DNA of 64,000 nucleotides from a virus: IMG/VR virus record IMGVR_UViG_3300044957_000619. One strand, 5' to 3'. Both the position numbers and the translations under genes were made by a program. Positions within the stretch are counted from its first letter, which is position 1; every line of letters begins with the position of its first letter. The notes beneath the pieces are model-generated. The model was not told where the DNA came from and made no database searches. It worked only from the letters and a program-made list of their open reading frames with translations. Below are positions 57,231 to 64,000 of the stretch, piece after piece.

Positions 57231-57974
57231 AGATCCAATTGGAAACATGGATTTGAAGGTGCTCCCATCTTCACCTTCAAAATTTATTTCATAATCAATA
57301 CCTGGGGCATTTGATTTAACATACTCACGAAAACGTTTTGCATCTCGTGCTAAAAAATCATATCGTATAAATTGATCAATAACAGAACGTTCTCGAATTC
57401 CATTAACTTCTGTAATTAGATTTGTAATTAATTGAGTTACGGTATCATTGTCAACTTGCGAAGATGGATATGAAAATTTAATTGTTGTTTCTTCATTTAC
57501 TTTATATGAAAATTCTCCATTATCGTCACTGACTAAGTCGAAAGGTTTAAATTGTACTTCTGTTAAATCAACGATACGATTTAACATTTTTTTTGTTTTA
57601 GGATCTTGAATTTTAACTGCATACTCTGGACCATATGCCATTATTCGTGCATGTAAAATTAATCCATCTTTGTCTACTGCACAAATATCATTAATATTAA
57701 TTGGCGTTAAAATAATTGATTCTAATAATTTATCAAAAACAACGCCTTCGGTAATATATGATGCATTAGTTAAAATATCTTCATCATACGCAGTCATATA
57801 ACGCATTTCTAATTGACCGCTACGCAATGGATGATTTTTTGGATAAATTTTACCACCGGATGCTAATTTAACAATAACTGATGGTAATTTGCTTTTTTGT
57901 TTGTTTTCGTATTGCTGCCGTGCAATGTTTACTAGGTCTTGATTACCTAATCGTGTTGTGACTTTATTATCCAT
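57213..57974 (-). CDS. tail assembly chaperone / baseplate hub assembly protein (gp26-like)
   Basis: LASGGKIYP, MRYMTAYDEDIL, ARIMAYG..Y, ends DLFWF. Confidence 0.75.
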   Translation of the reverse strand: MDNKVTTRLGNQDLVNIARQQYENKQKSKLPSVIVKLASGGKIYPKNHPLRSGQLEMRYMTAYDEDILTNASYITEGVVFDKLLESIILTPININDICAVDKDGLILHARIMAYGPEYAVKIQDPKTKKMLNRIVDLTEVQFKPFDLVSDDNGEFSYKVNEETTIKFSYPSSQVDNDTVTQLITNLITEVNGIRERSVIDQFIRYDFLARDAKRFREYVKSNAPGIDYEINFEGEDGSTFKSMFPIGSDLFWF

Positions 57975-57996
57975 TTTTTCCTTTTTATAACTTTTT

Positions 57997-58018
57997 AAAA
58001 AAAGGGGCCGAAGCCCCT
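57997..58018 (-). terminator. intrinsic terminator with C(UUCG)G tetraloop after the tail tube gene
   Basis: AGGGGC-TTCG-GCCCCT-TTTTTT. Confidence 0.85.
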
Positions 58019-58031
58019 ATATAATTTTGTA

Positions 58032-58553
58032 TTAGAAGCTTAAGAATGCCCAATCGTAACGTACTGATATATTTATTTCTTGTACTCCATCATTTCCCCA
58101 ATCATAAGCACCAAATTCTGCAGACACTAAAAATGCACCATTTAAAATCCATTCTTCAACTGTTTCACCTAATGGTGATAGTTGAGATAATTTAATTTGT
58201 TTTTTATAGAAAGATGAATACCCATCTCGTCCGGTCGAAGATTCATGATGTAAACGAATCCATTCCATTACAGCTTGTGCGCCAGATGGAACAATTGGAT
58301 CATATAGTGTCATAGATATTTCGTTCCACTCTGATTTTCCTTTAACATATCGTTTAATGTTAATCATATCAAGCGTAACCTCGCCGTTATTGATTGTAGG
58401 TTTAGCTGATGTTTTTATTAAATATGCAGGGATATCTGGAACTGATAATATGAACTGATGCTGTCTTTTCGGCTCCCAAGAAAACGCCCTATCGAATAAT
58501 TGCTCTTGACCTGCAATTGCTAAGCTAGGATTTCTGTTATCATACAATGCCAT
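58032..58553 (-). CDS. tail tube protein (T4 gp19-like)
   Basis: WEPKRQ..F, RYVKGKSEW, LYDPIVPSGAQAVMEW, EEWIL.GAF. Confidence 0.88.
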   Translation of the reverse strand: MALYDNRNPSLAIAGQEQLFDRAFSWEPKRQHQFILSVPDIPAYLIKTSAKPTINNGEVTLDMINIKRYVKGKSEWNEISMTLYDPIVPSGAQAVMEWIRLHHESSTGRDGYSSFYKKQIKLSQLSPLGETVEEWILNGAFLVSAEFGAYDWGNDGVQEINISVRYDWAFLSF

Positions 58554-58572
58554 GTTCGTATTCCTTTTTTTA

Positions 58573-58581
58573 TATAAATAT
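58573..58581 (-). promoter_or_regulatory. class B motif ATATTTATA upstream of the tail tube gene
   Basis: sits between the terminator and the tube gene start. Confidence 0.7.
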
Positions 58582-58591
58582 GATGATCAGT

Positions 58592-58621
58592 AAAAAAGGT
58601 AGAACCGAAATTCTACCTTTT
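58592..58621 (-). terminator. intrinsic terminator after the sheath gene
   Basis: AAAGGTAGAA-TTTCGG-TTCTACCTTT followed by Ts. Confidence 0.8.
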
Positions 58622-58630
58622 AATGTTAAT

Positions 58631-61153
58631 TTATACCGATGGTTCAAATGCAGCACCGGTAGGTTGAATATTAAAGTCTAACACGATAAATTCAGCCGTT
58701 CTAGTTGGTTGTAAAAATATTTGACCATATAATATATTTTGATCAATTAGATCCGGTGTATTATTTTTATCATTCATAATAACTCGGAATGCATACAACC
58801 CTTGCTGTACTCTTACTGATTCCATATATGGATTAACAATTGCTAAAAATCTATTTCTTGTTTCTACTGAATTTTGTTCGAATACTAAAAATCTTGTAGA
58901 TGATGCAATAAATTTCTTAACTGCAATAAGTAATCGCCTAACATTGATTCTATCTAATGCACTTGGACGAGCTTGTAATGTCTTTTGACCCCAAACAACA
59001 ATACCGCCGTTAGCACCGCCAAAGTTTGCAATTGGATTAACGCGCGCTTGATATAAAGTATCTCGATCTGCTTGTGCCAATGAAACTTTAGTACCAATTG
59101 CCGATATCTTTCCTCGTTGTAATCCAGCTGGTGCATACCATGGTGCTTGCGTTTTATCATTAAATGCAATTACATTTGGCAATAAAACAGATGGTGGTAC
59201 AAATATTTGTGCACCAGTAGCCGTATTAGTTGTGCTTAACCATGGCCAATATACTGCAGTATAATTAGTATCAAGCGGCGTAACTTGAGATGTTACTGTT
59301 GCAACGGAATCATCAATTGCATTCGAATCCATTATATAAAAAGTATCTTGACGAGTTTGGCATAAATTTCTTGCTAATGATGTAGCAGATGAATGTAAAC
59401 TATCGATAAGTCCTGGAGTAACGAGCAAATTCATATCATAATAATCCGTATTGCTTAATACTAAAAAGGCTTTATTATATGACTCAGTTCCAGTTGATGT
59501 AGATGTCTGACAATCAAAACCGTATGTGTTATTAGACGCAATATATTCTCCACGATACTTAGGTAAATTTGGACGAGCTCCATCAAATCCACCTTGGAAT
59601 GGTACCATGAATCTTCTAGTTGACAATTTTACATTGGTTATGAAGTTTGAATTAGTTAATGCATTTTGCAATGAACCGGTATATGGTGTTATGCTATTTG
59701 GATAATTAGATGCAGTTGCTTGCAAAACATTTCCCAGATAAAAATCAACCGAACTACCTGTATTTGATCCTGATGTAGGAACTGGCGCTAAGTAATTCAT
59801 GTTAGTTGCAGCAGTATAATCAAATCCATGAAAACTTGTTCCTGCATATACTCCTGAAACTAATTGTGATGTTCGATATGATGCTGCAGGTAATGATAAA
59901 CTAGATGATACTAACGGTGTTGGCGAACTAGGTGCACGGAAACCAAATGGTATCAATGTTTTATCAATAATTTTATTTCGTACATCTTCAGACACTTCTA
60001 CTCGAATGTAATTGTTTTGTGTTGGATAACTACCATTAAAAAATACTTGTCCGTTATTATTAACGGTTTGATAACTATCTCCAATTACTCGTCCAATATA
60101 TTTAGGCGAGTCTGGATCTAAATTAACTTCCCATTCTTGAATAATATCTGGACTAGCATCCGTATCTTGAGATGCATATGGCGAACCTGGAATACCTGGT
60201 GTTAATGTATTAACTTTTCTAAGTTGAATTACAAATGTGCCGTATGTATCTGCAGGTCCTAATTCCGTACCAGTTCCGGATGTGCCAGGGGCTAATTTAA
60301 TATCTTTGATTCCAACTTTTACTTCATGGCTAACCGACGTACCATGTGATAATGTATGGAATCTAATTAAATCCGTAGTAGCACTACCTACCAATTGTGA
60401 TGTAATCCATGGGGTTGATGCTACATTATAGTCTTGCAAAAATTCATAGTTATTAATAATATGCAATGATGCAGTAACTTTAGTAATATCTGCAAATTCC
60501 GTATGAAGTTTTTTGGCTTCATATTGTACATATACTGGATAATTTGATGATGCTGGACTTGTACCTAATACTGTACTTATGTATTGATTTGATGAATCAA
60601 CAATTGAACAAGAAATTCCTGTCGACGTATTAGATAAAAACGATCCATCGAATCCAATAGCTGAATTTTGTGGTGCTGTATATGAACCAGAAATAATTAA
60701 AGAAAATGATCCGTTGTTAGTTGATGTATTATATGTTAATAATGAAGATTCAAACAATGGACCCGTCAATCCTACGGTCGTAACTGGACGTGTCGGATGA
60801 AGGATATGCGATACTTTTTTAACTAATCCTGCTCCAGAACCAGATTGTGCAACGATTGCTAAAGCTCCGCGGTCTAAATAATACCCATCTTCATATAAAA
60901 TTCGTGTTACCGTAATTACTTGACCATTTTTTAAATAATCTTCAACTACCATCGGTACATAATAATCATCCGATGTATTTGTTCCGAATATTTGATTGTA
61001 TTCTGTTAACGAGGTAATTCTCGTTGGTACTAATGCAGGCCCCTTTACTGTTGGGCCGACAATTGCAGCACCTATAGTTTGTATTCCTACTGTTAAAAAT
61101 GATTGATCGATCTCCCGTGTAAATACGCCAGGTGATACTATTCTTTCTGCCAT
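58631..61153 (-). CDS. tail sheath protein (T4 gp18-like)
   Basis: SPGVFTREID, PWYAPAG..RG, WGQKTLQ, RINVRRL, PTRTAEFI. Confidence 0.93.
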   Translation of the reverse strand: MAERIVSPGVFTREIDQSFLTVGIQTIGAAIVGPTVKGPALVPTRITSLTEYNQIFGTNTSDDYYVPMVVEDYLKNGQVITVTRILYEDGYYLDRGALAIVAQSGSGAGLVKKVSHILHPTRPVTTVGLTGPLFESSLLTYNTSTNNGSFSLIISGSYTAPQNSAIGFDGSFLSNTSTGISCSIVDSSNQYISTVLGTSPASSNYPVYVQYEAKKLHTEFADITKVTASLHIINNYEFLQDYNVASTPWITSQLVGSATTDLIRFHTLSHGTSVSHEVKVGIKDIKLAPGTSGTGTELGPADTYGTFVIQLRKVNTLTPGIPGSPYASQDTDASPDIIQEWEVNLDPDSPKYIGRVIGDSYQTVNNNGQVFFNGSYPTQNNYIRVEVSEDVRNKIIDKTLIPFGFRAPSSPTPLVSSSLSLPAASYRTSQLVSGVYAGTSFHGFDYTAATNMNYLAPVPTSGSNTGSSVDFYLGNVLQATASNYPNSITPYTGSLQNALTNSNFITNVKLSTRRFMVPFQGGFDGARPNLPKYRGEYIASNNTYGFDCQTSTSTGTESYNKAFLVLSNTDYYDMNLLVTPGLIDSLHSSATSLARNLCQTRQDTFYIMDSNAIDDSVATVTSQVTPLDTNYTAVYWPWLSTTNTATGAQIFVPPSVLLPNVIAFNDKTQAPWYAPAGLQRGKISAIGTKVSLAQADRDTLYQARVNPIANFGGANGGIVVWGQKTLQARPSALDRINVRRLLIAVKKFIASSTRFLVFEQNSVETRNRFLAIVNPYMESVRVQQGLYAFRVIMNDKNNTPDLIDQNILYGQIFLQPTRTAEFIVLDFNIQPTGAAFEPSV

Positions 61154-61175
61154 TTATGTCTCCTAATGATTTTCT

Positions 61176-61184
61176 TATAAATAT
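61176..61184 (-). promoter_or_regulatory. class B (late-type) motif ATATTTATA upstream of the sheath gene
   Basis: same motif in intergenic positions at 21, 3062, 5213, 7471, 9241, 22059, 24715, 27492, 41313, 46952, 57010 and 58573. Confidence 0.7.
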
Positions 61185-61203
61185 AATACGTTAAGTCCAA
61201 ACC

Positions 61204-61473
61204 TTACGCAGTAGGAGTAAATGTACCTTGAGCGATATTTATTTGACCATCGCCATACCGATTGCGCATTTTTTCTAACAATTCTTCTTCTTGTTTACGC
61301 AAATCAACAAACCATTTCATTTGTTCTTCACGTTGTGCATCTATTTGTCGAAGTTGCTGTTGCAAAGAAAATTCTTCAATATATAGATTTCCTAGTAATT
61401 GCGAATTTTGTGTGAATGCATCTCGAAGTGCTTGAATTTCATCTAAATGCTCTTTATCTATTTTTCGAGTCAT
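61204..61473 (-). CDS. conserved coiled-coil phage protein
   Basis: ends YGDGQINIAQGTF; own promoter. Confidence 0.6.
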   Translation of the reverse strand: MTRKIDKEHLDEIQALRDAFTQNSQLLGNLYIEEFSLQQQLRQIDAQREEQMKWFVDLRKQEEELLEKMRNRYGDGQINIAQGTFTPTA

Positions 61474-61490
61474 AATAACCTTTTCTTGAT

Positions 61491-61519
61491 ATTATAATGA
61501 AAAAGATTGAATTATCCAA
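61491..61519 (-). promoter_or_regulatory. class A promoter TTGGAT-N17-TATAAT
   Basis: 17 nt spacer. Confidence 0.7.
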
Positions 61520-61754
61520 GCATTTCGATTTTATTCATATCAATGGAAATGCTATCTACTGATAGGATGTCCCCATGTATGTTAAAATCTTCTCGGGTAG
61601 TTAAAGTTGTTCCACCGGGTACATTTGATAGGTCAATGTTTAATCCGTAGCACGTATCATCTACGTATACGTTAACGATTAAATCATAACCATCAACCGT
61701 ATCAACAGCTGTTATGCGTTTATCAAATAAAAATTGTTTTAATGTTAATTTCAT
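61512..61754 (-). CDS. hypothetical protein
   Basis: 80 aa ORF downstream of the beta-propeller gene. Confidence 0.55.
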   Translation of the reverse strand: MKLTLKQFLFDKRITAVDTVDGYDLIVNVYVDDTCYGLNIDLSNVPGGTTLTTREDFNIHGDILSVDSISIDMNKIEMLG

Positions 61755-61761
61755 ATATTTC

Positions 61762-64000
61762 CTATGTTATTATGTTTAATAAAGTATGCGGAAGGGTATC
61801 AAAACCTAGACCCGTTTCATTAAATGTTTGTGTACCAGTATTAAATTCCGTAAGGCGTGTTCCCGATTGATTAATTTTCGCTATATATCCTACGTATGTT
61901 CCATTATACGATGTAAAATTATTACCAGCATATATGTTATTATTTATGTCCAAACTAATAGCTCGAGGTGATAAGATTGCCCAACCAGATGGTCCGGTGC
62001 CTACTGCAAATGCAGCATCTCTAGAGCCGTTGGAGTTTATTTTAACTAATCGGTTAGATGTAGAACCAGAATATGAAGTAAAAGATCCGCCGGCTATCAT
62101 TGTGCCATCATTAAATAACTTTATGGCGGATACGGTACCATTTAAAGTTCCGCCGGGACTAAATGTTGAATCTCGAGTTCCGTCGGTATTAATTCTTGCA
62201 AGTCTAACTGCGGAAGATCCAGAATATTGAGTAAAGTCACCGCCAATGATTGTTTTATCGTCAGGCTGAATGGTTATAACATATGTTATACCTGGTAATC
62301 CAGTTCCCGAATTATATGATAAATCTCTCGTACCATCAGTATTTATACGAAGTATTCTGGTTATACTAGATCCGCTATAATTTGTCATAGCTCCGACTAC
62401 AATAAATTTTCCATCAGATTGCATTGCAATAGAAAATGGCGTTCCAGTAAATCCGGTACCGACATTAAACGTTGTATCGCGTGTGCCATTAGTATTGATT
62501 CGCACTATTCCGGGGCTACTAGATCCACTATATGTTGTAAATCCTCCCGTTGCTACTATTTTACCATCGGACTGAATTACTGCATCAAGTACGCTACCGT
62601 TAGGACCTGTTCCAACGTTAAATGTTGCATCGCGCGTTCCGCTTACATTAAGTCGCGTAAGTCTGGTAACACTGGATCCGCTGTATGTTGCAAAATCGCC
62701 ACCTGCAATGAGTTTTCCGTCAGATTGAGTAACCATGGTATATACGGTATTACCAAAACCGGCTCCCATGTTAAAAGTCGTATCAATAGATCCAGAATTA
62801 TCTAATTTTATAATTCTATTATATGCAGGAGCATCGTATAAGGTAAAGCTTCCACCTAGATACAAACTACTTCCAGACACCAATGTAGTCCCAACTCCGG
62901 CATTAAAGCCTCTCGTTGTTTGACCGTTAAATGCAACACTGCCCGTATTGAATGTTAAATCTATAGTGCCACTCGGTGATGTTTTTACAAATCGATTGAC
63001 CGTTGAACCGCTATATGTTGTAAAATTGTTTCCAACATATACGTTTCCTGCAGAATCTAAAGATAATCCATTTATTGTATTGACTGTAACACTATTAATA
63101 CCTGCTCCTACGTTATAGGAGGCATCTCGATTGCCGTTAGATAATATTCGAGCTATACTAGTTTGAGTGCTGCCACTAACAGAGGTAAAAGCACCAACAC
63201 ATAGAATTTTTTGATCGGGTTGTACTTTTACGGCATATACCAAGTTATTAATAGTACCCGGATTGAAAGTGGCATCTACGGTACCATTAGTGTTTAATCG
63301 CATTAAGCGAGTTACAGTTGACCCACTATATTGTGTTGCTCCGTGACCTATAACAATTTTGCCGTCTGATTGAATGTCAACTGCATAACCTACACGCGTT
63401 GTTGCAGTAAACCCAGTTCCATTATTAAATGTTGTGTCTAGAGTACCATTGGTGTTTATTCTTAGTGAGCCAGTTCCAATAGCCGAACCTGAGTACGTAG
63501 TCATGCTGTTTCCAACTATAACAGCTTTATCGTCACTTTGTATGGCAACAGCAAATCCGTTTTGGTTTAGGCCAGTTCCAATGTTGTATGTTGTGTCGTA
63601 TGTTCCGTTGGTGTTAAGTCTAGCAATACGATTTCTTGTTGATCCACTATATGTTGTAAATGCTCCCGTTGCAACTATTTTACCATCGGACTGAAGTTTT
63701 AAATCATGTACCGTACCATTGAATCCTGTTCCAACGTTAAATGTTGCATCGCGCGTTCCATTAGTATTCACTCTTGCAATACATGGCGACGACGATCCTG
63801 AATACGTTGTAAAGTTTCCTCCCATTATTATTTTTCCGTCGGATTGAGTAACCATGCATAAAATGGAATTGTTAGCACCGCTAGTGCCCATATTGAATGT
63901 AGTGTCTACCGAACCAGATAAATCAGTACGTAAAATTCTAGTATATACTGGTTGTTCGTATGTTGTGAACGCACCACCTATATACATGTAGTTTAGCGCT
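61762..64000 (-). CDS. delta-60-repeat beta-propeller virion protein (5' end outside the window)
   Basis: repeated QSDGKI..GG.FTTYSGS...RLN.NGT.D.TFN.GTG; frame open to the window edge. Confidence 0.8.
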   Translation of the reverse strand, partial: ALNYMYIGGAFTTYEQPVYTRILRTDLSGSVDTTFNMGTSGANNSILCMVTQSDGKIIMGGNFTTYSGSSSPCIARVNTNGTRDATFNVGTGFNGTVHDLKLQSDGKIVATGAFTTYSGSTRNRIARLNTNGTYDTTYNIGTGLNQNGFAVAIQSDDKAVIVGNSMTTYSGSAIGTGSLRINTNGTLDTTFNNGTGFTATTRVGYAVDIQSDGKIVIGHGATQYSGSTVTRLMRLNTNGTVDATFNPGTINNLVYAVKVQPDQKILCVGAFTSVSGSTQTSIARILSNGNRDASYNVGAGINSVTVNTINGLSLDSAGNVYVGNNFTTYSGSTVNRFVKTSPSGTIDLTFNTGSVAFNGQTTRGFNAGVGTTLVSGSSLYLGGSFTLYDAPAYNRIIKLDNSGSIDTTFNMGAGFGNTVYTMVTQSDGKLIAGGDFATYSGSSVTRLTRLNVSGTRDATFNVGTGPNGSVLDAVIQSDGKIVATGGFTTYSGSSSPGIVRINTNGTRDTTFNVGTGFTGTPFSIAMQSDGKFIVVGAMTNYSGSSITRILRINTDGTRDLSYNSGTGLPGITYVITIQPDDKTIIGGDFTQYSGSSAVRLARINTDGTRDSTFSPGGTLNGTVSAIKLFNDGTMIAGGSFTSYSGSTSNRLVKINSNGSRDAAFAVGTGPSGWAILSPRAISLDINNNIYAGNNFTSYNGTYVGYIAKINQSGTRLTEFNTGTQTFNETGLGFDTLPHTLLNIIT

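Noticed and set aside
76-63694. All plus-strand ORFs in the six-frame track
   Set aside because: They are antisense shadows of well-supported minus-strand genes, with no recognisable motifs or promoters.
1-64000. Stop-codon reassignment
   Set aside because: The standard code gives dense, intact genes, and TAA, TGA and TAG all occur as apparent real stops.
1-64000. tRNA or rRNA genes
   Set aside because: Intergenic gaps are short and none showed a cloverleaf or T-loop signature by eye; tRNAscan-SE would confirm.

Overview
This is a 64 kb, AT-rich segment of a large T4-like myophage with essentially every gene on the minus strand. The host is probably a Bacteroidota bacterium (inference from the ClpS type, scarce Shine-Dalgarno sites and phiST-like DNA-modification genes). 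In transcription order (right to left) it contains: (1) a beta-propeller virion protein and a contractile-tail module (sheath, tube, chaperone, tape measure, baseplate); (2) a replication/recombination module (PolA-like domain, SSB, RecA/UvsX, 5'-3' exonuclease, helicase, class II RNR, PolB, clamp, clamp loader, dUTPase); (3) an interleaved 7-deazaguanine DNA-modification pathway (folE, queD, queE, dpdL-like, dpdA; no queC in the window) with an extra glycosyltransferase, cytidylyltransferase and HPRT; (4) a ~13 kb glycan-synthesis island; (5) lysis genes; (6) small late genes sharing an N-terminal M-x-K-L-x-x-L-L-x-E leader. Highlights: a glycosyltransferase embedded between dpdL and dpdA; a recurrent [S/T]-G-S motif in virion proteins that may be the glycan island's target; a kissing-loop RNA leader before an HNH gene; a probable +1/-2 frameshift in the tail chaperone; two promoter classes that often give near-leaderless mRNAs; and three genes with internal deletions. 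All calls come from reading motifs by eye; no database searches were run.
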